Origin: Felis catus
Taxonomy: Eukaryota
Assembly: GCF_018350175.1 (NCBI RefSeq)
Contig: NC_058383.1
Coordinates: 10,046,001-10,110,000, forward strand
DNA: 64,000 nt
Direction of reading: 5' to 3'
The notes beneath the pieces were generated by a model, which was not told where the DNA came from, did no database searches, and worked only from the letters and a program-made list of their open reading frames with translations. This document shows, in pieces, positions 26,349 through 39,505 of this stretch. Position 1 is the first letter of the stretch. Each line of letters begins with the position of its first letter. The translations under genes and the position numbers were made by a program.

Positions 26349-27250
26349 ATTTCTTTAGCAAAGCTAAGTGAGGCACTGGGGAACACAAAGATTAAAAACC
26401 ATGTGGCACACAGGACAAAGAAGGAACTAGTAAAGAACTCTGTCAGGTGGACCTATCCAGGTTAATTTTCTCATCTGGAAAATAAGAGTAACAGCCACAT
26501 CATCAGTAAGGCTGAACATTTTCCCATTTGTTTTTATAGTAGACTTCCCTTTTCAGGTATGAATTATTTATTCATACCCTTTGCCCATTTTTTGTTAGAA
26601 GACTGTAACTTGAGTCTATTTGTGTTACACCTTCATCAAGAAAATGCTTCCCTATGCATTCATTCAGTTAGTACCCACAATGCCTCAGGAGGGGGTATAG
26701 AATTTTGATTTTATGAGTAAGGAAAATAAATCAGGAAGGACTGGAACCATGACTTGAACTCCAAAGCTCTTGCAAAAGTGAAACAATTAAGTGCTACTTT
26801 CTACTTATTAAACTCACGAACATGCCCAGTATAAGCAAGGAAAGAGTGCAATGTGCATTCATGCACAGCTGACAGCCTAGGTTTCTACTCTTTGGGAAAG
26901 CAGTTTGACAATTATCAAAAGTGTCAACTTGGGGCGCCTGGGTGGCTCAGTCGGTTAAGCGTCTGACTTCAGCTTCATGATCTCACACTCCATGGGTTCG
27001 AGCCCTGCATCAGGACCTGTGCTAACAGCTCAGAGCCTGGAGCCTACTTCAGATTCTGTGTCTCCCTCTCTCTCTGTCCCTCCCCTGCTCATGCTCTGTC
27101 TCTCTCACTCTCAAAAATGAATAAATGTTAAAAAAAAATTTTTTTTAAAAGGGTCAATATGTGCACAAAGATGGTCATTGCTGGATTCTTCATGATAGCA
27201 GAAAATGGGAAGCAATCTAAATGGAAACTCATTAAGATCTCCAGTTCTGG

Positions 27251-27466
27251 TGGCGCCTGGATGGCTCAGTCGGTTGGGCGTCCGACTTCGGCTCAGGTCA
27301 TGATCTCACGGTCCGTGAGTTCGAGCCCCGCATCGGGCTCTGTGCTGACAGCTCCAAGCCTGGAGCCTGTTTCAGATTCTGTGTCTCCCTCTCTCTCTGA
27401 CCCTCCCCCGTTCATGCTCTGTCTCTCTGTCTCAAAAATAAACAAACATTTAAAAAAAAAAAAATT
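27251..27466 (+). mobile_element. CanSINE (SINEC_Fc-type)
   Basis: Long TSD TAAGATCTCCAGTTCTGG on both sides. Confidence 0.9.
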
Positions 27467-29003
27467 TAAGATCTCCAGTTCTGGCCAGATCAATTAATAT
27501 TTGTGTTGCAAGGCAAAGAAGGACCAGGCATGAGAACATTCGTACACATCCAAGTATTAGGCTTACTATCATCATATTCCCACTCTGTTCATAACTAAAA
27601 ATGTTCCTCCAACTGACTGCTAGATTTAAAATCTCTTACCATACTGCCTTAAAATTTACCTGAGTTATATCTGCTTTTCCCCGGTCCCAATCAATAAGCT
27701 TCTAGTCTCCCTGCCTTTGTTAAGGCTTTTACCTTTGTCCTCTCCCCACCATCCTCCCTCCCAGCTTAATCATCCTCCAAAGATGTCCTCAGACTTCCTT
27801 AACTCCATGAGGCCTTTCCTGGCCCCTATAAATGCTTATTAATAAGCCTCCCAGTCACCAAGCTTTTTAAAACTTCATTGTCCACAGCTACTTCTGGGGA
27901 GTGAGGATGGACGATGATGTTCAGATTCTTTTACTAACTCTGTAGTGTTTACATACTTAAACAAGTATGCATTACTTTTATAAACCAAAAAAAAAAAGAT
28001 TTCTTCTTGAATAAAAATTGCATAATCATACTTTTTCAGTAATCCCTCTCATCATTCTCTATATTCTGTTCACTACCAAATCACATAAAACATTCCACCA
28101 TCTGTGTTTTTTAGAACTTCACTCTGCTGTAATGGCTTCTAAGATCAAGTAAGTTTGAGATCCACAAGGTTAAACCAAGCTTTACTGGAGGTGTTCTGAA
28201 AATCTTAAAATACCCTAAGTATTATGACTTTTCAAGAAGTTTGTGGCAGTTTTCCAAAGTTATGGCCCAAAACCCTCTTTTCAGGAAGGATTACAGACTC
28301 CAACTCATTATTTCTATTCCCAATAATGCCATCACTCTCTACCTGAATACTATCCTAGCAAGCCCACATCAACTTCCCACCTGCTTTTCCTTCTTGAACT
28401 CTTCCTACACAGTTCCCAGATTAATCTCAAAGCCTAAACATCAATCACCAAAACCATCCCATGTTTCTCTCCTGTTCAAAAATTACTGCTGTCCTCCTAT
28501 TGTTCACAGAATTAAATACAAATAGCTCATCTTGTCTTCCATAATCTGGTACAAACTATTTTTCAAGTGTTACCTTCCTCATAGAGCCACATGAAATTTT
28601 CTCTAACAATTCCAGGTTAGTCTCTACCCTCTAAATTCCCACTGCCTCTTTGTGTGGAGGAAAGCAATTTATTTATATTTTGAAACTGAATTCTCTTATT
28701 ACTCCTAACAGTTTTTTATGGATTCTCTTTGGATTTTTCCCAAAGAGTAACAATAACTGATTTCCTCTTCAGTACTCTTCATACTCTTTGTTGTAGGTTA
28801 ATGGTCACTATCTTTTATTTACATATAATTTTCACACACACAACTTTTTGTCTCAAAAAGATACCCAGAGAAGGCAACATTATCTCTATTTGCAAAAAGC
28901 AAACAGTAAGTGCTCATATAGTGCAGAGGATAGTGTCTCAGCACTGTAACCAATTCAAGAATAAGTAAAATATGAGACCTGCCCTCAAGAAGTCCACAAG
29001 CTA

Positions 29004-29282
29004 GGAAGGGGAAAAAAATACTTTCAAACAGAGACGGAGGCAAACCATAAGACACTCTTGAATACAGAGAACAAACTGTGGGTTGATGAGGGGCACAGGG
29101 GCAGGAAAAATGGTAATGGCACTGAGGAGGGCACTTGTGGGATGAGCACCGGATGTACGTGATGAATCATGGGAATCTACTCACAAAGCCAAGAGCACAC
29201 TGTACACACTGTATGTTGGCTGACTTGACAATAAATTGTATTTAAAAAATAATAATAAATAAATAAAAAGATTTTCTTCTTA
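29004..29282 (+). mobile_element. 5'-truncated felid L1 3' UTR fragment
   Basis: AAACCATAAGACACTCTT...GAGAACAAACTG...GACAATAAATT plus an A-rich tail. TSD AAGTCCACAAGCTA at 28990-29003 and 29283-29296. Confidence 0.85.
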
Positions 29283-29296
29283 AAGTCCACAAGCTA

Positions 29297-29510
29297 CTGT
29301 AGGGGTCAGCAAAAGCCCAAGGGCCAAATTCAGCTGACCACCGGTTTTTGTAAATAAAATTTTCTTTTATTTACAGCCATTCACATTCATTTACATTTTA
29401 CCTATAGCTGTTTTCACTGTACAATGTCACAGACAAATAGCTGAGACAGAGACCCTAAAATATTTACTAAGTGACACTTTACAGATAAAGTTGCACAACT
29501 CCTGGTCTAG
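29297..29510. mobile_element. MER58-like hAT relic
   Basis: GGGGTCAGCAAA...GGGCCAAAT...TTTTTGTAAATAAA...CTAAAATATTTACT pattern. A related copy lies at ~62055-62255. Confidence 0.6.
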
Positions 29511-29549
29511 TACACTAAACAAGACACATATGTAATTAACACTAATCCA

Positions 29550-29718
29550 GGGATGCCTGAGTGACTCAGTCAGCAAAGCATCCAACTTTGGCTCAGGTCA
29601 TAATCTCACGGTTCGTGGGTTCAAACCCCGCATCAGGCTCTGTGCGGACACCTCGGAGACTGGAGCCTGCTTTGGATTCTGTGTCTCCCTCTCTCTCTGC
29701 CCCTCCCCCTCTCGCACT

Positions 29719-29770
<52 letters not shown>

Positions 29771-30985
29771 AATAAATAAACATTAAAAAACAAATTTTTT
29801 TTTAGGGGGGGCCTGGGTGGCTCAGTTAGTTAAGCAGCTGCATGACTCGGCTCAGGTCACGATCTCAATCACAGCTCTTGGGTTCGAGCCTCGCATTGGG
29901 CTCTCTGCTGTCAGCACAGAGCCCACTTCAGATAGATCCTTGGTCTCCCTCTCTCTCTCAAAAATAAACAAACATTTAAAAACTATTTCTTTTAAAGTAA
30001 TAACACTAACCCAAAATGGAACAATGTAAGTGACCAAGCAAAGAAGAAACAGGCACCAGATTAACAGACTCAACTAATTATTAGTCAGTGATGGAGCCAC
30101 TACTAGAACTAGGTCTTAACTGAACCTAGTGTCATTACACCAGGAAAAAAGCAGAACAGTATTAGATTACTAAACTGTATGCTCTCTGCTTATCTGCTAC
30201 CAACAGAAGTCAATGAAAAGTCCACAGAAAAAGTTTCTATTCCCAATTCCCGAAAGAGTTCTGTTTTATTATCACCCCTAGTTTCCATGTATCTTTTGCA
30301 AGCTCCTACTGCCCAAATTCTGAGTGTTTTCTCTGAGAGAATACCCACATGAGTAGGCACTTTCAACATACACAAGTGTTTTAAGTTTACGTATTTAGAG
30401 AGAGAGAGATAAGAGAGAGCAGGGGCGGGGCAGAGAGAGAGGGAAATAGAATCCAGAGTAGGCTCTGTACTGTCAGTGCAGAGCCCAATGTAGGGCTTGA
30501 ACTCACGAACCATGAAATCATGACCTGAACCAAAATCAGGAGTTGGATGCTTAACCGACTGACCCACTCAGGCACCCCAAACTGTGAATTTTTTTTTTGA
30601 TAGCCACTGTAAAGACTGTCCTAAATTTCAAATGACCACAAAATAAAGAAAATTTTCTCATTTGCTGCCCCTGTATTACTTCCAAATTGTGTCAGCTTCC
30701 TTTGCTTAGAACATTTCCAGAATATTTACAAGGTAAAAGTATAGAGCAAGAACACTTAAGGGGCGCCTGGGTGGCGCAGTCGGTTAAGCGTCCGACTTCA
30801 GCCAGGTCACGATCTCGCGGTCCGTGAGTTCGAGCCCCACGTCGGGCTCTGGGCTGATGGCTCGGAGCCTGGAGCCTGCTTCCGATTCTGTGTCTCCCTC
30901 TCTCTCTGCCCCTCCCCCGTTCATGCTCTGTCTCCCTCTGTCCCAAAAATAAATAAACGTTGAAAAAAAAAAATTAAAAAAAAAA
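29550..30985. mobile_element. Cluster of four CanSINEs (+29550, +29805, -30380..30578, young +30760..30983)
   Basis: SINE heads and tails, (CT)n at ~29723-29767. The last has TSD AAGAACACTTAA. Confidence 0.88.
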
Positions 30986-31221
30986 GAACACTTAAAAGCC
31001 TGGTAAATACCCTAAATAAGTGTACATACAACGATATATTCCACGTACTTTGTTACCAGCAAAATGCCACTAGGCAAAGGCACTCAGATACCAATACATT
31101 ATACTAATGTATTCTAATGTATGCCCATAAATTTAAATACAAATACTGCTTTACTGTTAATATTCCCTCTTTCCCAATAATTTGAAGATGGTGCTAGAAG
31201 GGCAATGCTTCTATTACTTAC

Positions 31222-31338
31222 AGTTCAGCAACTTCCTGTTCCTCCTCCCAGGCCTCCTTGTGTGTTAGCTGACTGCTTCCGGTACTCTTACAGGTCCAAA
31301 TGCGCTCACTGTACCTTTCCAGGCGGGCCTCATACTCT
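31222..31338 (-). CDS. BAZ1B: BAZ1B coding exon 2 (EYEARLERYSERIWTCKSTGSSQLTHKEAWEEEQEVAEL), WAC domain
   Basis: Acceptor AACAG|AGAG, donor CT|GTAAGT. 117 nt, in frame with exons 1 and 3. Not in the ORF track. Confidence 0.96.
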
Positions 31339-34300
31339 CTGTTAGCAGTCGCTCAGGAAAATAATAATCAAGCAACTGAGAAAACTCATCCACATCCACA
31401 AATTACTTACACAGAAAAAAGTCTATAATATGGCAACCTTTCTATATTGTACGGCGTAAGGTAAAATTGAAATCACAGTTTTCAAGTGGCAAATCCAAAC
31501 AAAATTATTAAAGCCAAAGTATGATTCAAATGGTTTGTCATGTTTTTGTTTTACAAATAAAATATTACCATTTTAGTACAAATGTGATTTATTCAATTCA
31601 CCTGTTTCAGATTCCCACAGCACTAAAAATTTGTAAAACAAAGTAAAGGTAAATTAAATACAAGTTGTAAGGAATAAGAATGCAAGGTACATGGAATTGT
31701 TACCTAACTTAGATGGTCAGCAAGTTTAAGAATCTTCCATAGAAAGAGGAGAGGACTACCCCAGTCTCACAGGCAATTTGAATAGCCCTGTATACCAGCT
31801 AATGATCCACTTACTATAAGCTTCCAGCCTACTTTGGAAACACCTGTTGAGGTTAAAAAATAAATTCCATAAAGCCCTAAAAATAATTTCGATATCATAT
31901 TTATCCAGCCTTTATGTTGCCTTCAATAATACTACACTCACAAGTCATTTACCAGACATTGTTCGGTCTTTGTAAGGCAGATGGAGGAAGAAAACATCCT
32001 ACAAGTTAGTGCCATGTAAATGGTAACTTTCCACGTCGTCCCAACTGGAATTCACTATCAGCCAGACACATTCAAATTCAAACGACAAGTTAACTAATTT
32101 ATTTTATGCACAGCAACAGATGCTACCCAAAAAAATAAACTGACACCACAACTAGAGAATTAGCTGCCAATCTCTGTACTTTCCAAGTGACACTTTTTAT
32201 AGTAGTTGAAATAAAAGTATTTAAGCAGCTCCCTCTGTAATACTACCTCACAACTCAACAAGTAATTCATTTTAAATATACAGAGATTCTTTGAAATCAG
32301 TGCAAAGATAGATGACAGGGACAAATGCATAGATAACCCAAAATAGTAGTTTTAGCCAATAGTATGAGCACCTTCCCTTACTGTAGCATTCTCTGGATCT
32401 GCCAAAAACAAAACAGTTTAAGTCTATTTTCCTCACCAGAGAGGTAATACTAATATTTAAATGATTAAACAAAATAGAGTACCAGTAAAAACCAGGAGTC
32501 AAGCTTCCATATAAAGCTATACAAATTCAATCTCACTGAAAATTTATAAAAATTTATAGAGAAAAAAGGAAATAGCATGACTTCCAAAGTGACATTATCA
32601 TAACTAATCAATAAGATAAATTATTATGTTTCTGTCTGTTTGCACGGGGAGGGGGGAGGTGAATCATGACAGGAAGAATCAGAGGCGCCAGAGTGATTCA
32701 GTCAGTTAAGCGACTTGATTTCGGCTCAGTTGATTTCGGTTCTCACGGTTGATGAGTTTGAACCCCACATCGAGCTCTGCGTGGACTGCAGAGGCTGCTT
32801 GGGAGTCTGCCTCCCTCTCAAAATAAATAAAAATTAAATTGAAAAAAAAGAATCAGAAAGTGGATTTATTAAAGCATTTAAAGAGCTTGATAACATTCTA
32901 ATACATTAGTTATACTGAAGAAATTCACTGTGTAATCAGAGAGAATGTGAGATAAAACAAATAGATCTTAAAGATTATTAAGTTTCTGTTATTAGCTGTT
33001 ATTTTTAAAAGTAGGAGTCATGTGCCCAGTGATTCTCTTTTGATCTAGACCTATGCAGCCAACATACAACTCGGGTATCACCTAGATGCTCAAATCCAAC
33101 TTTTTCTAAACTCTTCTTTTTACCCCCTTCCCTTCCCTCCCCTCCTAAACTTGCTCCTTAGCAATTATTCCCAATCTCTCTTAATGGCCCTTGTGTCCAA
33201 GTCAGAAATGAGGGAAGCATACTCAGCTCTTCAATCCCTAATTGCAACCACTTAGGTTTTTCTCAGTTCAGTCCTTCCTCTTCCACAACAGAGCCATTAT
33301 TTAAATTCAGCCTCTGATCCTCCCTTCCCACCTAGCCATAACAGTTTTAAACATTTTAATTGACCTCACCGGTAATCCTCCTCAGGTCCTTTGTGCTTCT
33401 CACCCAAACATCCTTTTACTCAATCTTATTTGTTTTTAAACCCAGTTCTACAGCTTACTTTAAAATCTCATTTGCCCTCAGGCCCCTGAAATGCAAATAC
33501 GTTCGCACTGGGAAGTAATCCTCTGGCTCCCACATTACTGAAAATCACTCCACCAATCAAGATTTTGTTGAGCTTTACTTAGTGGTTTTTATTCTTTCTT
33601 CTTTTTTTTTTTTTAAGTTTATTTTTGAGAGAGAGAGACACAGAGCACGAGCAGGAGAGGGGCAGAGATAGAAGGAGACACAGAAACCGAAGCAGGCTCC
33701 AGGCTCCGAGCTGTCAGCACAGAGCCCAATGCGGGGCTCAAACCCCCAACCAACCTTAAGATCACAACCTGAGACGAAGTCGGTCGCTTAACAGACTGAG
33801 CCACCCTGGTACTCCTATTAAGAAGAAAAAAAGGGGGAAACTTTTTTTCTCAAACGATACATATTTAAATATTAAATTTTTTTGCTGATTATAGTTTTTC
33901 AAACAAGACCCTTCTACCTGGATACACGGCTTTCCCACCATCCTTTGAAAATCACTATCAACATAACATTCTCATTCGCGGTGGCAGTATCAATGCCCAT
34001 AACTTCAATTACTATCTACATGCTAATAATTTCTAGCACCCAAACTAAACTTCCTATCTTCACCCCCCATTCCCAGTCAAAACAAAAAGAGAAAAAACAC
34101 CAGATCCTCTTCCAGCGTTCTCTATTACCAGAGAATGACCAACTAACCAAGTGATAACCAAAATATAATCCTTGATTCCTCCCCAGTCAATTATCAAATC
34201 CTGTCAAATCTACCAAATTTATTTCTGTAATCTATTGTACTTCTCAAGGGCTAGTACATTTGTTCAGATCACCATTACCTATTGCCTCGTTTATTTAGTA

Positions 34301-34409
34301 ACTGCCTCACTAGTCTCAGGGCTAGATTCTCAACACTGCAGCCACAGTGAGCTTTCAACCTAAAAGCCTGCTTCCATCCTGATTGAATTTTTTTTCAAAG
34401 TTTATTTAC

Positions 34410-34451
<42 letters not shown>

Positions 34452-37400
34452 GGAGGGGGCAGAGAGAGGGAAAGAATTTCAAGCAGTGCAGAGCCTGATG
34501 CAGGACCTGATCCCATGAATCATCACGACATGACACAAATCGAGTCAAAAGACAAAAGAGTCAAAAGATGCTCAACCAACTGAACCACCCAAGCGCCTCC
34601 TGCTCCAATTTTTGAACAGCCTCCAATATATTTAAGGCAGAATCCAAACTCCTCAGCCTATCTCCCAAGGACTTATATGGTCCAGCCCCTTTGTGTATCT
34701 CACCACTAAGCAACTCTATCTCAATTCCCATTTCTTCACTCTAGCTATATAAAACTTCTTTCCATTAAAATTTAAGAATCTTCAAGTTCACAAACTCTTC
34801 TCTTCTTGATCTATCTACCCTAATCATACTCTAGATATGAACTTAAAAGTGACTTTCCCCTGAAACATTCCCTGAACCCTGAAGCATAGGAGACCGTATT
34901 ATTTACAAATATTCACCTCCCTTCCATAAAAGGATTCTACATCTCCACCCTCTGCCCTGTGGCTTGCAATGCCTCCTATGAAGAGTAATGCCCATTCCCT
35001 CCCCACTGATGTTAGCCTCGGTCACATGCCTTGTTTTGACCAACAGATGAAAAACATGACAGATGCCACTTCCAAGAAACTCAAAAAGCCACCATAGTAT
35101 CCTCCAGATCTTTCTGCCACCAGAGGGGAGCCTGGGTGGCTCAGTCGGTTGAGTACCCAACTCTTGATTCTCAGCTCACGTCATGATCCCAGAGTTGTGG
35201 AATTGAGCCATGTGCATCGGGCTCTGCACTGAGCAAGGAGCCTGCTTAAGTTTCTCTCTCTCTGGGGGTGCCTGGGTGGCTCAGTCGGTTAAGCTGGAAA
35301 ACATTTAATTACTTGTGGCTCACATTATATTTCTATTGGATAGCACTGTCTACCTAAGATTCACATCTAGGAATGCATGCCTTCTGACAATACATGAAAA
35401 ATTTAACTAGTAATCTACGATTAATTCCGAAAATCAAAAACTTAAAGTCCTACAACCCAACATAGAATATTTTTAAGTTTATGTAACTCTGCTCTGGTTG
35501 TTACTTTGTCTTATGTTAATAGAAAGAGAAAAAAATTAAAAAGAGAAAAAAGCCCATTAGAAGGATACTGAGTCAGCTGCCTCTAAATCCTATTTCAGAT
35601 TTTAGGTTACCAAAATAAGTCACTTACTCTCAAATAACTACTCAGAGCAAATGCCAATTGAGGTTTTTATGTTCCAGCCACTGTTGCACATATAATTGCA
35701 GACAAAATGTCAAAGCAATTCTCCAAAGGTTGTGTAAGTTATAAATGACAAGATATTCTCAAATCCTATATATCTCATTATGCATCTACTTTTTCATGAG
35801 TTCAAGAGCTACCTCCTCACAATATGCTGCTTCATTGTTCTCTTTAGCCTTCTTTCAATGAAAGTACTTGATAGCCTGAAAGGAAGTGGCCCAGAAAAGT
35901 ACAGAGGTTAAATAAGCATAACTATAACCCTAAGAGTTCTAAGTGAAATGACAAAGCACCAGCTCCAGATTTGCTTTTTATCCTATTTTCTGTCTCTGGA
36001 ACAGTCTGTCATCAAGTTAAAAACAATTCTAATCTAGTTTAATTTCTCACTCTTAAGAAATTAAATTATAAAAGCCAACCTAAGAAATCATTATTCCAAC
36101 TGTCCAATAAAATCCTGGCTTGCAACTACAATTTAACTCCAGCTCTTACAACTTGGCTGTAGTCACTCTTGCCTAGAGCCTGATTAACTATGTTCTAATA
36201 GCCCCTCCTCATTATACCATCTAAAAGCTCTCATAGGGGCATCTGGGTGACTCAGTCGGCTAAGCTTCTGACTTCAAGGGCTCAGGTCACGATCTCACAA
36301 TTTGTGGGGCTCATAGGTTCTAGCCCCCCCCCACACAGACTCTGTGCTGACAGCCCAGAGCCTGTCTCCCTCTCTCTGCCCCTCCCCCATCACGCTGCCT
36401 CTTTGTCTCTCAAAAATAAGTAAACATTAAGAAAAAAATAAAAGCTCTCATATATTAATATTACAAGGTTATGAAGTAGATGTTCCCAAGCTTTACAAAG
36501 CAGGACAGTAAAGCAATACAACAAACATATTACCCTCAGCAGGCTGCTTGTAGCTTCAGTTTCTCCTTAAAACCCATCTTGACTTACTCACTGTATTATC
36601 CTATTGCCAGATAATAACATCAAGAACTGATTCTGATAATCTTTCCAAGGAAGATCTAGTGTATTGCCTTAGTATTAACCTAGGAAGTAACGTCCCAAAG
36701 ATTCAAACCTATAATACAAAAAACGTAATCATCAATATATAAAACCTAGTCATTAAACGTGTGCATCATTCACAACTACCACTGGAAGTTTAATGAAGAG
36801 GTACAATAAAGCCTTCAAGAACATACCATCACTTAAAGCTTTAAGTCAATAAAATGTTATACTGATTTGCTATTGCATATACACGCAATCAAAAGGCAGG
36901 TATTAGGAGAAAATTAAAGATCAAATCCTATTAAAAACATAATTGTAAATATTAAGAACTGGAAACAGTATACTTTAAATGCAGCTGTTAACCAACCACA
37001 TACCTGTTCTCTATGAAATCACTAAAAGCCCAATAAAGAAACAGACCAACCTGCCAACCACACAGCACAATTGTTTAAAACCATCCTCAAAGAGCTTCCA
37101 CTTGTAGAAATTCCCATGCAAGCAATTTCCCCCTCAATATGCAATGCAATGTAAGGACTCCTTTGTTAAAGGGGTTGGTTCTACATACTGGTATAGGAAA
37201 TACTTAAAATGAAGAATTTTTAAAAATACCTAACATATAAAAGGTGCAGGTTTCAATTTTCAATTGTCATCATTAAGAGAAATTCCTCATATATATCATT
37301 ACATTTCACCTATTTCTGTAAACGATATGAAAAAGCCTGTACCGCCAATTCTAAAAATTTAGCTCTCTTTTAGCCATTTTTCACATGGCTCAACACCTAT

Positions 37401-39248
37401 CACAGACTTGGAACTTGTCTCTATTGAGTGTGTCTTATGCTACACTCCAAGCAGACATAAAAATAAACATCTGGTAATACTAGTGTGTGAGTATCCACCA
37501 ACTGCTCAAAAAATGATATTTGAATAACATTTGAAAAGGATATGGCAGATTCCCACAGTAATTTTTTTTAACCACACTGATGGGGCTAAATATTTTTTTT
37601 ACAAAGTAGGATACCTTTAGAATAATGATGGATTTAGCGCTTGGAGTACTTCTCCAAAGCTTCCCAAAAGTCCTTACAGGACAAGAAAAAGAACCAGATT
37701 ATCATGGAATCCCTCCCTAAAATGCACCTTATCTCATACCACTGACAGAGGTTGACTAACATGAAAAACCAAGCATTCCACCTTCTTTTCTGGATTTGCT
37801 TACAAGGATAAGGTAGAAAGGCACTGCATTCTACTCCTAACTCTCATCATCATTTCAGAGTGTTTGACCTTTAACAAGTCCACCAACCCTCTGGGTTCAC
37901 TTGGCAAATGAGGCTAGAGAATCCAACCATCCCCAAGATCCATTTCAGCTACAAGATGCTCTAGCTATATTTCTCCAAGAGCTTTCCTACAGCACAGGCT
38001 CACTTTCCAGGCCCCTTTGTATGTAAACACCCTACAGCCACACACTGCACTGGAACAACAAACGGGCTATCCTGTAAAAGATCGTATTGTATCAAAGAGA
38101 GGATCAAAATGAAGTGAAATCAAATGATATCATCGCTCACATGGACACTTCCTCCCATACAGAAGCAAGCAAGCAAACAGAAACTAAGAAATCAAATCCT
38201 TCCAAAGGAAAAGAGCCGATAAAACTCAATATATTTAGCCTTCACTGCTGAAGAAAGCGTTGAAGAAAGCAAGCAAGCAAGCAAACAGAAACTAAGAAAT
38301 CAAGTCCTTCCAAAAGGAAGGGCTGATGAAACTCCATGTATTTAGCCTTCACTCCTAAAGAAAGCGTTGATTCAGAAATCTACTCCTTTTTTACACTTGT
38401 GCTTCCAAAAGGACTCATCTGGCATCCATAAAAAAAAAGTAAATAACAGTCGCACAACTAGAAGACTTCAAAGCTTACACAAGAAACCTTAAACAATGAT
38501 TAGAAAAGAGGATGCGTCTTATTTAAAACATCAGCCTCCTGTTCCCAAAATACAACATAAAACCGTTAAGTAGGTCTTGGTATTTTTTATATGTTCATTT
38601 AAAGGCAGATACCGATCTCCTCCTCAATCGTCAACATTTCAAACCTGTGCACGCCGGGGAAGGCAGGCATCGTCTCCTCCAAGATAACTTTTTCTTCCCC
38701 TTCCCCGGTCTGGAATTCGTTCTGGGGTATGTGCCTCACGATCCTGTCAGCTCACGACCAGCCTGAAGTCCACTCGGGAGGAGAAAAACCCAAGCGCCCC
38801 CGCGGAGATGGGGGGAAAAAAACGCACAAAAAAATCTTGCACAAGCCGGATCACGAGGCCGCGTGGGTACAATTTCAAAAACTTCAAGAGAAAGGTTTAA
38901 TTTAAAAAGGAAAAGCAGCCAAGGAACCCCGTCTCCCGTTCGTACTTAGGGCCTAATGCCACCCGGGGGAAAGGGGGGGCCGCTCCTCGAAAACGAGGCC
39001 CGGGGACAAAGTGCGGAGCCGGGAAAGGATGGAGGGCACGGGGCCCCGGGCCGGCCCGCGCCCCCGCCCGCCCACCCACCCCGCGGAACGGCGGGCTCGA
39101 GCTCCCGCCCGGGGGTGCAGGCCCGCCGGCGCCGGGCGCGCTGACAGCTGCCACAGGGGCGGGCTGCGCGGCCCGCCGGGCCCGGCGAGCCCCCGGCCCA
39201 CCCCGCCCCACCCCGCGGGCGGCCTGGCGGCCAGGCTGGAAAGGATAC
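31339..39248 (-). other. BAZ1B: BAZ1B intron 1, U12-type (minor spliceosome) GT-AG intron
   Basis: 5' splice site GTATCCTTT matches the U12 consensus RTATCCTTT. Branch-like TTTTCCTGAGC (31361-31351) ends 12 nt before the AG. No polypyrimidine tract. Confidence 0.9.
38161..38370. repeat. Imperfect ~105-bp tandem duplication in BAZ1B intron 1
   Basis: AAGCAAGCAAACAGAAACTAAGAAATCAA...TTTAGCCTTCACT...AAGAAAGCGTTGA occurs twice (38161-38263, 38264-38370). Confidence 0.9.
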
Positions 39249-39355
39249 TCCCGGGTGCGGAAAGCCTCCTGAGTGTGCGCGATGGTGAAGAGCGGCTCCT
39301 CGCCGGGAAGCGGCTTCACCAGCGGGAAGGGCTTGCGGCCCAGGAGCGGCGCCAT
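39249..39355 (-). CDS. BAZ1B: BAZ1B (WSTF) coding exon 1, start of the WAC domain (MAPLLGRKPFPLVKPLPGEEPLFTIAHTQEAFRTRE)
   Basis: ATG at 39355 in a GCCGCCGCGATGG context inside a CpG island. Translation matches the BAZ1B N-terminus. 107 nt, ending at donor GA|GTATCCTTT. Confidence 0.97.
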
Positions 39356-39505
39356 CGCGGCGGCGGCGGCGGCGGCCCGGAAGGCGGCGGCTCCTCGGCG
39401 AGCCCGCGGCGCAACACTAGGCCCCGCGGCCCGGAGCGAGCGCCTGGCTCCCGGGGGTGGGGTGGGGGAGGGGAGGGGTGAGAGGGCGGCGCGAACTCGG
39501 CTCCC

